64,000 bases of DNA, taken from assembly GCA_012295275.1 (NCBI GenBank), contig CM022676.1, positions 3,782,001 through 3,846,000 of the forward strand, read 5' to 3'. The DNA comes from Chrysomallon squamiferum. Taxonomy: Eukaryota > Animalia > Mollusca. This document shows positions 1 to 14,315 of this stretch, piece after piece (position 1 is the stretch's first letter; each line of letters starts with the position of its first letter). The translations under genes and the position numbers were made by a program. The notes below the pieces were generated by a model that was given only the letters and a program-made list of their open reading frames with translations, made no database searches and had not been told where the DNA came from.

Positions 1-43
<43 letters not shown>

Positions 44-147
44 TCTCTCTGTCTGTATATACACACACACATATAAAGGTTTCAAAATGGAATTTGTTCC
101 TTACAAAAGCAAAAGCAAAAATATATTTTACTTACATTTACTTACAG

Positions 148-367
148 GTCCACCGTTACCAAAACTTTACATCACAGTTCTGACCATCGAGAAGAAATAT
201 GAAGTGTTCTACACTAAGCCGGGAAATCTCTCTGTCGGCGAGGTGGTGGACGTTGTAAAGGAAACGTTAACGCAAGCTAGATTTGTCTCCATAGCTCATG
301 CCGTCACTGACAGTCCCGTGAATTTGACTCTGTGCGAGGTTGAAATCTTTGGTTCTGTAGAACGTAC

Positions 368-413
<46 letters not shown>

Positions 414-466
414 CTATTTATTTATTACTGCAGTAAGTTTTGAGCTATGAGTATTTAGCAGAAAGG

Positions 467-533
<67 letters not shown>

Positions 534-1146
534 TAGTCAAGTCTTTAAGATAAGAACTGTTATCAATGAAACAAAATAGTTCAGAGTGAGCTTATAAAAC
601 ATATTTTAATCTTACCTGCAGTTTTCTTATACAGTATTTTTAAGGGAAGAAAAATAAATATAGAAACATCAAAAATCATAATAATTTATCGATGAATGAA
701 TGAATAATGAATGAATGATGAAATAAACCGATAAAAAAAAAAAAAAAAAAAAAAATTAAATAAGGAAATAAAAATAAATAAATATATAGATAAATAAATC
801 AGTAAGTAAGTCAGTAAGTAAATAAATAAAGTAAATAAATAAGCAAGTAAGTAAAATAACGATTAAAACATCAGTTCGGGTATTTACATATTAAACAAGT
901 CGAAAGTATTTTTTTTTTTTTTTTTGTTAAACAGGACATCTTCATTTGGACTCAAAACGAGGCGCCTCGAAAGAACTATTACGTCACAGCAGCAGATCTA
1001 TAATAGAATGCGGAGCTTTTTGTATCGCGAAACAAATATGTCGTTCGTTTCTATGGCAACATTCAACTAAAGAATGTATTCTGTACTCGGACTTTCCCAC
1101 AACAACATCGGCAGCCGACAAATTCGTTGGTTTTGTAATGGGATAA
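148..1146 (+). CDS. Copy 1 (5'-partial): F-type lectin-like C-terminal half + PAN/Apple domain; most divergent member
   Basis: Exon 3 148-363 (cag|GT CCA CCG...[14 protein letters not shown] c|gt) and exon 4 935-1146 (RHLHLDSKRGAS...ECGAFCIAKQICRSFLW...ECILYSD...FVGFVMG*). Phase-1 junction and 212-nt exon 4 match the other copies. Exons 1-2 lie upstream of the window. Confidence 0.85.
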
Positions 1147-1635
1147 AGATATCAAAACGTCGCTTTTTGATGACGTAATCAATTGTGCTGACGTAACGCT
1201 ATTGTGTCGATAGTTCAGACAATAAAACGTGGTATCCTTAAGCAAATTTCAAGTCTTAATCGAATCAAGATTTGGGACAGGTTATTATTTATTTATTTAT
1301 TTCAAAATTGTATTCAAAGACGACATGACAACAATTATGTTCTAATATTTAATGTGTTTAATACAATTATGATGTTCGTTTGTTTGAAATTACATATTAT
1401 ATAAACATGTATGCAAGAAGAAGAAGAAGAAGAAGAAAGAGGAGGAGGAGGAGAAAGAACAATAAGAAAAATAAAACAACAACAACAAAAACAACAACAA
1501 CAACAACAACGAGGGGATAAAAATCAATTAAAAGAATCAACAAAAGAATGACGGATCAATGGTTGAACAAATGAGTGTATGAATGAATGAACGCTTAAAG
1601 GAACCTTAACACACTCTTAACATCAGCAGCAATTA

Positions 1636-2021
1636 GATTCCAGTCAAACAATTTTTATCTGTAACTTGAATTAAAAATTTGTTACAATTATTCCACGAGT
1701 TACTCTTATCTTGGAGCAGCAACAAGATTTCATGTACACCTTCTCATAAACAGCAAAGTAAAACATTTAAAAATTATTTATGTACGGCTGTTTTATCTGT
1801 AAACAGCCGAATCGTTTTATCTTTTTTTTTTTTTCTTTCTTTGGTCTAGTGAACAATTTATGTCTTAGTAATCGTTTCAATCATTAACCTGAGCATGTAG
1901 ATCGCATCATTGAGTTTGCTTAGGTCAATGATCTTTTCGATATTATCATTACAAAATACGTGAGTCTGAAACAGATCGATTAGTTTGATGCCTTAGTATT
2001 TTGTTGTTGTTGTTGTTGTTG

Positions 2022-2065
<44 letters not shown>

Positions 2066-3886
2066 GTTATTGTTATTGTCATTACATCTTTAATTCGTGT
2101 TTAATAGAACATCAAACGGCTATTCGATTCTGTTAAATTCTAAATAATATATTAAGCCAATATTTTCAATAATAAGAAATTTAGGTAAAACTTGCATCAT
2201 CCTTTGAATTCACTGACAGGAACAAGTGCAGTTATGATCAGTCTAGACAAACACGTTTACTCAAAGTTTACAAATATTTACGGCAAACAGAACGTGACAT
2301 TAATACAAAATTCTACACAAAACCTAGTTTCGAAAAAACCCAGTTAATTATTAAACAGCTTCTTCAGGTTGTTCAGTTTAAGAACATTTTGTTAATGAAG
2401 GTAAAATACTTCAGTGTGTACTTACACTTAAAAGAAAGATTAGTCTAAACTTTCGACTGTCATTGCTGGTTGTTTGTTTTATTTGTTACACGAACAATTA
2501 ATTTTGTTTCGTTTCGTTCACTTATTCGTTCTTTGTTTTATGCGTTTCCGGCACATACTGTTTTCTAAGAAACTAATATTAATTCATATATTAATCCATA
2601 CTTTACAGTTTATTGTTTTCATCAGCCTTTACATGAAACAATTGCAAATACGAATACCGGTGATGAACTATCAAATAGACATTAACACACTTTGTTTAAT
2701 TATATTTAGTTTATTCTTTCTTTTGTTTCTGTCGACCAGATTTTGGTTTTGTTGATATACACAACAGTGTGAAGAAAAGAAAGAAAGATATTCAGAGACA
2801 GACATACCGAGAGAGTATTCTAATATAAACGTATGTAAATAAAACGTATTCATGATATATATTTATTTAAATTCTTTCATTCATACATACATACATACAT
2901 ACAGACAGACAGACAGAGATGAAAGCAGGGATTCGTGAACATTTCAAAACAATGTTCTGAAGACAAAGAAAAAGCGCTAATTAAAATTTAATCTTCACCA
3001 AGAATTATATTTACATACTTTTACTTAATTATCTAGTGAAGTATTACAATACAATATATATATATATATATATTATTTTTTTTATTATTATTATTATTTT
3101 TTTTTTTGTTCGCCATTTTATTTACTTTTTGTCAACGAGATATTTTAAGACAATACAGTCGCATCTGTATTTGTTGGAACGTGTCGTCTTAACTTATTTC
3201 TATGCAAGCTGATTGGAAGTTCTTGTAATAATAGAATAACGAAATATCCCGCGAGATTTTACCCAGTGATTCTCCAGTGATAACAAAACCAATTTGAAAA
3301 AAAATAAAATAAATAAAAAAAAGGGAAAAAAAAACAACAAACCAAAAACCCGGGAATAATAGTTTCAGAAAAATATACTTAATTATATCAATATTCAATT
3401 GTTTCTTATCTTTTTCTTCTTTTGTTAAGAAATCGTGAATCAATGCTTTGCTATTAATTTTGTTTATTTATTTATTTTACAGTTAGAGAAAACAAACGAA
3501 TCAATTTACTTGAATTACATTCACGTATTTTATAATGATGATATCAAAAAGATTTGTGGTAAAGACATGGACCAAATTAAAATTAACGAAGCAGTATACG
3601 TGCACAGGTTAATAGTCGAAATGATTACCAGGGCGTAACTGTTCACTAGACAAAAAAAAAATAAATAAATAAATAAACAAAAAAAAAAAAAGAAGAAAAA
3701 CAACGATAAAATGATTCGGCTGTTTACGGATAAAACCAGAGTCGAATAAATAAATAGTTTATTAAATTATTTACTTTTCTGTTTATGAGAAGGTGTACGT
3801 GACAGATAATGAGTAATTCAGGGAATAATAGTAATATATATTTTTTTCTTATTCGGGTTATAAAGAAAACTGTTTGACTGAAGTCC
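1636..3886. repeat. Degenerate long inverted repeat, arms ~1636-1965 and ~3519-3886
   Basis: cagtcaaaca...gtacaccttctcataaacag...gtaaacagccgaatc...gtctagtgaaca...aaaatacgtga recurs as its reverse complement (tcacgtatttt...tgttcactagac...gattcggctgtttac...ctgtttatgagaaggtgtac...tgtttgactg). Confidence 0.8.
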
Positions 3887-3896
3887 ATGATTTATT

Positions 3897-3970
<74 letters not shown>

Positions 3971-4539
3971 GATTTCTCCGTTCTCTCTCTTTCTTTCTTT
4001 CTTCTTCTACTTCTTTTTAATTTTCTTTCTCTGTCTTTCATAAATTTTCTTATTTTATTTTGTAAAATGACTTACAAATTATATTCAGCTATCAAAACAG
4101 AGACCTGTATTTTATTTTTTTTGAGCAACACAATTCCTCTACGTCTCTTTGTTCGGTTTGAGACTTCTTACACAAGTAAAAAATTGGTTTTGAGATTTCT
4201 TAAACATCCTTTCCGTCCGTAAAAATCACGGACTCGTTCACAACATGAAGTTTTTTTAAAAGGAGAAATTAATAAGGGAGGCAACTACTCAGTGTAATAA
4301 GATATATGTTAATATCCAAGAGTTATTCCACATGCCAAACTACGACGCTATGTTATTTTCTTGTTAAGCTTCATCAAAAGCTAAACCTGTTTTCTAATGA
4401 ATTCAAGGAGAATAACTGGAAATAATTTTTTTTTTTTTTTTCTAAATTAATTTTGTTATCTCCCTTATTGTCGTTGTTGTTGTCGCTGTTGTTGTTGCTG
4501 TTGTTGCTGTTGTTTCTGCAGCTATAGTTGCTATTTATG

Positions 4540-4834
4540 TTATTACTGCTATTGTTATTGTTATTTTTGACTTGTTGTTGCTGTTAATGTTGTTATTATC
4601 ACCATCATTATCATCAACATCATCATAACGAGCATTATATTTATTACTATTGTCGTTGCTCCTGTTGTTGATGTTGTTATTGTTACCACAGAGTAGAGTG
4701 TATGTGCAATAGAGCACGTATCCAGAGATATACAGATAACTTCATAACGCAACGCTTACCTCACGGTAAATGTGTGTATGTGTGTACGAGTGTGTGGGTG
4801 TGTTTACTTATGTGTGTGTTTGTATCTGTCTGTT

Positions 4835-4865
<31 letters not shown>

Positions 4866-5507
4866 TAAGATAAGTTACGTTGTGTCACGTTATTTCATGT
4901 CCAAAAAAAAAAGTGGAAATGTTTATTAAACATAACATATAAATTGATAGTCGTAAACACTCGTGCCTCGTAAAAAACCCACGACACCCCCCCACAAAAC
5001 CAAAAAAAAAAAAAAAAAAAAAACAAAAAACAAACAAACAAAAACAAAACAAAAAAATAGCATTAATTTGTCGTAAACAAAGTAAATTATTGGTCGCAAA
5101 CAATATGTTTATTAGGCCTACTGAACGCGACTTCCGATTTTCAGCCATTTTAAATCAGGTGACTAATAATTTAAAAAAAAAAAAAAATAAAAAATCGTCG
5201 CTCTATCTTCTGTTTTCCTAATTAAATGTAACAAAATGGACGCTAACGCTTATCAGTAATAAATATTTAAAATTTAATTATCAAAATATTAACAGAAGAT
5301 TGTAATTATCAATAAAATATAGATTATTGGTCAGAAATCACAACTCTATCGACTGACATGGTTTTCATTTCATTTCCTTTTTACTGTTTTTTTTTTTTTC
5401 TTTCTTTGAGTTTATTGTTTGAAATGTCATTGCTGGGCTGTTACAGTCTAAATCCACTGCAAGGCTACGTATAAACAGAAATGTTACTGGAACACCGTAT
5501 AGATTAC

Positions 5508-5574
<67 letters not shown>

Positions 5575-5900
5575 TATTATTATTATTATTATTATTTGAT
5601 TATTATTATTCTAACGATTATTATTATTACTATTATTATTATTGTTGTCGTTGTTGTCGCTGTTGTTGTTGTTGCTACTGTTGCTACTGTTGCTGCAGCT
5701 GTAGTTGTAATTGATATCATTACTGCTACTGTTATTATTATTATTGTTATGACTTGTTCTTATTCTTATTATTATTATCACCACCATTATCATCAACATC
5801 ATCATAACGAGCATTTGCATTTATTACTATTGTCGTTGTTGCTGTTGTTGGTGTTGTTATTGTTACAGCAGACCACGTACACAGAGATGTAGAGATAATT
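4540..5900 (+). repeat. Local direct duplication of ~170 bp (about 4540-4720 and 5740-5890) embedded in trinucleotide microsatellites
   Basis: catcaacatcatcataacgagcatt...atttattactattgtcgttg...gttgttattgttac occurs twice, ~1.19 kb apart. Confidence 0.7.
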
Positions 5901-6111
5901 ACACGAGCAGCAGAGCGATGACAAACAAGGATTTCCTTCGGAACACTTGAAATCGTGCGTAACAGCAATTAATTGTTACAGCTGAGAAATGTAAGAATCA
6001 ATAGTTTTCACGTAGACAGTTCAGAATGTTCAGTATTTTTTTGTTTTCTCTGTGTGTGAAGAAAAGATGTAAGAAATGTTTTTATTCAACAACTCATTAA
6101 AACATCACACA

Positions 6112-6202
<91 letters not shown>

Positions 6203-6222
6203 AGAGATATAAAAATAGAAAC

Positions 6223-6257
<35 letters not shown>

Positions 6258-6595
6258 AACAAGTTAAAATTAAAACTAGATGTAAAATCATCTAACAAAA
6301 TATTTTCCACCATCATAAATCAGCATGACACCGAAAAACACTCCAGTTAAACCATAATCACCATCATTAACAACAAAACAAAATATTTGTTGTGGGTTTT
6401 TTTTTTTACGCTACATTATTCATCATTTCGAGGATGTAATCCAGAATTGATTTTACATTTCCTTTTTTCTTTTCTTCCTTTGCTTCCTTTACCGTTCATT
6501 CTTTCTGTCAAAATCTAATGAACAGAAAGATATACAGAGACATGTGGGCGTTTTCAATTTTAATTTTTATTTATTTATCTATTTATTTTTTATCA

Positions 6596-6636
<41 letters not shown>

Positions 6637-7314
6637 TTTATTTTTGTTGTTGTTTAAAAAAAAAACATCGATTAATCATCATTAAATAAAAGCAGAAAAA
6701 GAAAAAAAAAGAAGAAACTTTTATAAAATAAAAATAATGTGATTATTGTTCGTTGGATCGTATTCTAAGTTCTCGACATATCTCTGTCTAGATCTGTCTG
6801 AATACTATACATATTCATTAACGTGTCTGGTATTGACTAATTGACGTGCTTTCATATCTGTGTAGAATATTTCACGTTTCTTTTTCTTTTAAAAATATAT
6901 ATTCATAATTTCTTTATTTCTTTTATTTTGTATTTATCAGATAGGCATAAAGTCAATCGAGCTATCGATGATGGTGCACTGAAATGGATAAGCAATCAAT
7001 CAGAAACAGAAACAAAGATCAGAAGTGAAGAAATCAATCGATTTTCACGACGAGGAGAACTGCAAGATTTATTTGATTGTGCATTCTCAAGAGAGTTGTT
7101 GCTGTTAGCACTACATAAAGTAGGCAAGAGAAATTCTGAAGAGATACAGAAAAAAATAAATAAATAGTTAAGTGGACGAGATCTAACGAAAACATAAAGC
7201 AGATGTAACAGAAGTATCATACACAGCTGAATGTGTTTCTGAAAGGTCTATGTTAACACATTCACCGGACAAAATAAAATGCGAGTAGTATATATACAAG
7301 GTCATTTCTTTTGA

Positions 7315-7368
<54 letters not shown>

Positions 7369-7490
7369 AAAAAGACAAAAGAAGAATAAGAAGTAGTTAC
7401 TTTTTTAAAATAAACCAGAATAGCTAATACTGCAAAGTAAATTCTGTGAGATTTGTTTTTAAACAAGTGAAGATTTAACAAGTGAAAATT

Positions 7491-8259
7491 ATGGCTGTCA
7501 TTTTCTTTTGTTTCTTCTTTATAACTACTGTCACAGGTAAGAACTTCAGATTGTTTCATTAATGTGTATTGTGTGTTTGTAGATTGTTTTTACTTAATAC
7601 AACTGTAAAATTATTATTTTGTTTAACTGTCGTGGATAATGTTTTAGTCATAAATAATGAAAGGTCGTAAGAATTTCACTAAAGTATATTCATTTTCTTT
7701 TCTTTTCTTTTTCTAAATTTAAATTATTTATTATTATTTCATAAAAGACAAAGATAAAACTATTGCACTATTTAAATAACTTTTAGTATATATTAGTTAT
7801 CAATGAACAAAGGCGATAATATAGTATAATCAATGTATAGTTTCTATTATTCATTTATAAATAAACGCAGGTAAGAATAGTCTACTTTTATTAATGTTTT
7901 TTTGTTTTTGTTTTAGAGTTAGATATTAGTAAAATATTCCGCAGGATGGCACAAAAGTCACTTACCATTTAAAGAAATGAAATATTTCAAAAATATTTGA
8001 ATGCTTTCCCCAGGACTGCCTATGTACAGAGTCGAATCAGACAAACATAACCTAAGACAACATAATATTCATTCCTGGTTCATACATACATATACCCGAC
8101 CAATAGCGAATGCACATCGTTATTCATGATGGTAATGCTGACGTTATTGTTGTTGTTCTTGCTGTTTTGTTTCTTCTTCTTCTTCTTCTTCTTCTTATTG
8201 TTACCGCTACTGCTATTGTTATTATTATTACTATTACTATTATTATTATTATTATTATA

Positions 8260-8316
<57 letters not shown>

Positions 8317-8777
8317 TTTGTTGTTGTTGTTTTTGTTGTTATTAAGGGTATCAAAACCTTGCAAAAGGTAAACGAGCAAAACAGAGTTCAACGGTCGGAG
8401 ATGCTGTTGCTTCGAAAGCCGTGGACGGAAACACAAACCCCTATTTAGACGGCGGCTCTTGCTCTTCAACTGAGGTCACACCGGTATCCTGGTGGAAAGT
8501 GGATCTAGGTCATGTTTATTCTGTAAACAGAATAAAAATAACAACAAGTAAAGACGGTATGTTTTAGCTTCTTTTATTACTTTTACTACTGTAGGTACTA
8601 TTATTAATTATATCGATATTACTGCTTCTGCTGTTACTAGTGCCACCACTACCATCATTACTGCTACTACCATTACATCACAACAACTATAGGTACTAAT
8701 ATTAATATTTATTAAATTTCTTCGTATTTATTTATTTATTTATTCATTTATTTATATATTTATTTATTCAATTATTC

Positions 8778-8818
<41 letters not shown>

Positions 8819-10175
8819 TTATTTTATGCTGTTGCAGTTTTATTATTACGTTTTTCCTAACTTCTATTCTTATTTGTCTATCACATATTTTAAACAAAAA
8901 ATAAAATAAAGTTACAAAATTTAGTTTATTACTGATTTGTTTTTCCCATTCTGGTCATCAGGACCTGAGATGTCTAAGCTGTACGTCGGGTTGTCTACAG
9001 GGGTCGGAAAGGATACCCCGTTTCTCTACCATAGTTCAGCGATTCCTGTTGGCGACGTTGTGGACGTAGTTCGCCCCGGTGGAATTAGGGGCAGATACGT
9101 CTACATGGACATCGTGCATTATGAAACTCCAATGAATCTTACGTTATGCGAGGTGGAGATTTATGGAGCCGAAGAACGTAAGTGAATTAGTATTTTATCT
9201 GTCACAGTGACGTACGTGTGTGTCTGTGTTTGGATATATGTATGTATATGTAAGTAGGTATACGTTTATGTATGTGTATGCTATTGTGATGGTATAGGAC
9301 AACCAGTAGATAAACAACACATTAATAAGAGTTATTTATTTACAAACATATCTTGTAATGATACACAAGAAAATAAATACGAGATCAGTTGAATCCAAAT
9401 TTAGACGAGAATAATCTGGTAAATATGTTAATATAAGTTGTGAATTATATATATATATATATATATCAAGCAAACACGACTTTAATAACACAACATAATG
9501 ACGGCATCAAAAACCCAAGGGTGAAACGTATCATACCATATCCCGCCGCAAATACATACCAAAGCAAGGCTAACGTATCAGGGTTGTCTCCCTTCAACCT
9601 GCATGCTCATCGAGAGTACGCGCCGTGTAGTTGAACGCTCGCCTGTCGCTTCGTCTTCTCAGACCACGAGTTGGAATTGGAATTGGAAAAAAATTAACGT
9701 GCTAATCAGAGCAAGCTGTTGTGAAGCACGTTAACCACGAGTTTTCCTTGAGGTCCCTAAATACTAGATTCTTTCACACGTCAGTGAACTCAGCCTAGTT
9801 GACACATTTCGAATCTGTGCGTGTTCATCTTTAGTATTAAGCTATATACGGTTTCCTAGATGTCCGGGTTAAAACAATAAGAGATTATCTATGTTCGTCA
9901 AACATTTATGTATGTAAGTAAGAAAAGAATTTAGGAAAAAAACCACAAAACAAAACAACAATAACAAAGAACCCAAAAGCAACTCTAACAAAAAAAAAAA
10001 AAAAAAAAAATAAATAAATAAATAAAATAAATAAATAAATAAATAAAATAAAATAAATAAATAAAAAATAAATAAATAAATAAATAAATAAATAAGTTCT
10101 TAATATTAGAGTGAAAATGTACTTATTGATATATGTGTGTAGACATATGAATTTTATTGGCATGTTTCTATCGTC

Positions 10176-10237
<62 letters not shown>

Positions 10238-10251
10238 TTAGTAAATGAATA

Positions 10252-10303
<52 letters not shown>

Positions 10304-10521
10304 TTTCAGAATACTTTCGCCAGGATAACAGACGGGGTGCGTCATTGGAGATATTACGTCATCAAACAAGAAGGAAACTAGATTGTGCCGAGTTGTGTCT
10401 CTCAAAGGAAATATGTCGCTCGTTTCTTTGGAGTAAGACAACTAAAGAGTGTCTGTTATACTCAGACAAACCTACAAATACGTCAGCGACTGACAACTTC
10501 GTAGGTTTTGTGTCAGATTGA
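7491..10521 (+). CDS. Copy 2: secreted F-type lectin-like + PAN/Apple protein (~227 aa)
   Basis: Exons 7491-7536 (MAVIFFCFFFITTVT), 8347-8556 (YQNLAKGK...AVDGNTNPYLDGGSCSSTEVTPVSWWKVDLG...TTSKD), 8962-9177 (GPEMSKLYVG...GRYVY...[11 protein letters not shown]), 10310-10521 (PAN, ends TGA). GT-AG phase-1 introns, open frame. Confidence 0.88.
9285..9904 (-). mobile_element. Possible solo LTR / TE insertion in intron 3 of copy 2
   Basis: A 620-bp, more GC-rich block not seen in sibling introns. It is bounded TG...CA, interrupts TATG-type repeats, and has AATAAA ~50 nt before the minus-strand end. No clean target-site duplication. Confidence 0.3.
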
Positions 10522-12962
10522 TTCTTACGTTAAACTGTGGCGTAATCTTTAGTTAAATATTGACGTCAGACTACTGTTATATACACTGATGACTAACTGT
10601 GATGTTAAATGTTGACGTCATTTAATTGTGGCCAATTTTAAAATCATATTATTGTGTTGATCTTTATGTCACAGTATTGCGTAAAATGTTGACGTCACAC
10701 CTTCACATAACATTGTTGTGTACAACTGACATATATATATATATATATATATTACCTGTCAAAATAAAGATAACTTTTATTTAGTTTATAAGATTAATAC
10801 TCCCAATACTCACACAAATCAACGTAGAACACCAGACACGCACGCACGCATACACGCACACACACGACCACGCAGCGTTACGACCGTACGTGGACTTAGA
10901 CGTAAGTCGGACATCAATATTATTGTACATGTATTACTGGTTATAATCACATTGTTTGAACCTTGAGTCACACGCAACAGGTCTTAAAATCGCTGGAGAA
11001 CGTAATATATAATATTTATTTGTTTAAGTAAAACAAACAAACAAACAAACAAACAAACAAATAAACAAATAAATAAATAAATAAATAATAAAATGATGTT
11101 TTATTAGTCGCAGAAACTGTGTTTATTAGTCGTAAATAAATTAGCTTGTTTGTCAAAAATATAAATTTACAGTGAAAAAAAAAAAATGCAATATGTGAAT
11201 TAGTCGTAAAACAAAGAGAGAAAGTATTGGTCTTAAATATACGCAGTGAGTAATAACAAAGACTTAATTTTTGTACGTTTTGCTTCACATGACTACAGTT
11301 CAGGTATTTTTTATTAGAGCATCTGACTGACTTCATAAAATCCGTTATACTTCTTTAAGTTTCACTAATTAAATATAACAAAATGCATGCTTAACCTTAT
11401 CAGCAATATATATATATATATATATATTTAATATTGATGATATTTATCAGTATATTGACTGAAGTTTGTAATCGTCATTCAAAAAAATATAGATTATCGA
11501 ACAGAAATCACGACTCTATCGACTGATATGGTTTTCATTTCATTTCCTTATCTTCCTATTGCTTAAAACATCTTGAGCTGCTACACGTTTCAGTCTGTTA
11601 TGCAGAGTAAGGGCACATACCAACAGAAAGGTGCTGGAGAACCATGGATTATTACTACTACTATTGCTACGTACAGCCTTTTTGCCATGGTTAAGTGAAA
11701 ATCGGTTATCGAGACTCGATAATGCAAGTAGCGAAGAATCGATAAATCGTTATCTAAGAACAACAGAAGATATGTTAGAATGTTCAACCTTGTTTGAGCG
11801 ATTAAGGATTGATAACATAATCTATCAGGAATCGATAAATCGATGTGTTAGAAAAAAACAATCGAGTCAAACGATGTCGAAAGCAAATATACAGAACATT
11901 GATTTGAAGTGCACCTGATTATATGAAAACTTTAACTTTACATATATTTAATTACTATTTTTGTGTTTAGTTAAAGTCTACCTTTGATGGTGGTATAAAA
12001 TAACTAAATTACGTGTTATACACTTGTTTCTGTTTTATATCGTTTTCGTTTATAACAAAATATTGCAACAAAATTACAGTTCTTACTATTGCAACTTCTA
12101 ATATTAAATAAAAGCGACATTGCCTTTTTATTGTGACGTCATTACGTACAAAATAACGTAATTTTCAAGATGGTGAACTTTATATTAATTTATTTCTAAA
12201 AAAACAACAATGTACCAGTTATTTTAAGTTAACTAAATAATGTATGTGATATAAAAGCGAAATATATGCTGATAAGGAAAAATAAAAATATATATTTACC
12301 CTAACAACAAAACAGATACTGAATAACAGCTAATTGTACTTCAGCAAAGAAGTTGTTAATAAATATTTTAAAATTTATGATATTATTAAAGTGTGTGGCG
12401 TCAGAGAAAAAATATAAATAACAAAGAAAATAACTAATGTATACAACTCACAGAAGCAGAAAATAAGGAGTAATCAAAAATTGATGATAACATCACATAA
12501 ACTATTATTTATTTTGTATGTATAAATTAACAGTTAATCCATAATAACGGTATTATTTTCACTGTAAATAATCACTGTTTCAAAGATAAAGATTTTACTA
12601 AAATATCTGATATGAAGCCGAAAGCAAACAGTGAGTAAAATAAATAATTAATGTACATTTTTCTTAATTACTACAAAATTATCGATTAATTGTAAATCTG
12701 TTTGTATCTTTGAATAAAGAAATCAGCAACTTCATCTTTCCTAATTAGTATTCGTGATTTGACCATTAATTATTTTGCTACAACAGGACAGATAATTTAA
12801 CAGAATAAATAGTGAATATCTTTGCTTCTTGATAATAGAACAAGATTTCAGATAGATTTGTGTTTACATCAGAAGAGAGAATGGAGTTGTTTATATTCTT
12901 TCCTTTTTAATAATAATAAAAAATTTTTCACTCTAAATCATATTATTAAAACAAGATGAGAA

Positions 12963-13259
<297 letters not shown>

Positions 13260-14315
13260 TATTGGAGACAGAAAAAGATCGAGTGAACGAAAGTAAGAGT
13301 TTGCAACAAAAAAGAAAGATGTTTGTACGTTTTTAATACATTATTTTTAAAATTATTATTGTTAATAAATTAATATTCGTACTTATAATAATAAAAATTC
13401 TTCTTCTTAATATTTTCAAATAAAAGGCTTTTGACCGCAACGAATTAAAGTGTAATCTTTTATAAATTTTAATATTTTCTTTCTTTATTATATAGATATG
13501 CTATAATCGAAAGCGTTATCGATCTTGATGTACCGAAATGAGTACGTTGATATTCGCGATTAATCGGACAAACGTTTTTTTCAGTTCAGATATACCTATA
13601 ATGTCAGCATTAAACACTGGATAAAATTAACAATATAATTTTCTTATTTTTAAAAATTATTATTTAGTTATTTATTTTATTTGATTTTGTTTCATTTGGT
13701 TTTAAATTATTTTATTTTATTTATTTATTTATTTATTTATTATTTTGATTATTTAGTCACTTATTTTATTTTATACTTATTTTATTATATTTACTTATTT
13801 ATTTTTTTTTATTTATTTATTTATTTATTTATTTATGTTCTCAATGTAGATAACATAAACATCTGGTTTCTTTGGTAACACAAATAGCTAATTTCTGAGG
13901 TAACACAAAGAATGCGTTTTGTGTAAATGCTGATAACATAAACAAAAACATTTTTTTTTTTTGCGGTAAACGAGAATAACACATGTAGTATTTGTACAAA
14001 TAAACGCAAACAGAATACGAAAGTGTCATATTGATATATTGATTCATTTCAGGAAACGTTCTGGTATAATTACTTGAGATCAAATATGATCACGATCGTT
14101 ATAGTTCAAACTGTTGTCATTTTCATTGGTTGTTTCATTCAATAAACCATTTAACACGTGTTAAATTTCTGATCGATAAAAGGATTTAATATAAAACAGT
14201 TTGCAGAGAAAGAATCGATCTAAAAATTAATTGTATGGTTAATACGAAACAGTGGAAACTAATTCAGTCCAAAAAAAAAAAAAAAAAAAAAAAAAGTAAT
14301 GAAAAAAACAGAAAC

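Noticed and set aside
4900-5480. A missing 13th gene between copies 1 and 2
   Set aside because: This block resembles downstream flanks of other copies (11090-11650, 19240-19700), but I found no recognisable exon remnants nearby.
11631-11918. 95-aa non-repetitive ORF
   Set aside because: Homologous flanks in other units (e.g. ~19730-19880, ~39380-39480) do not preserve the frame; GTG start and no recognisable domain.
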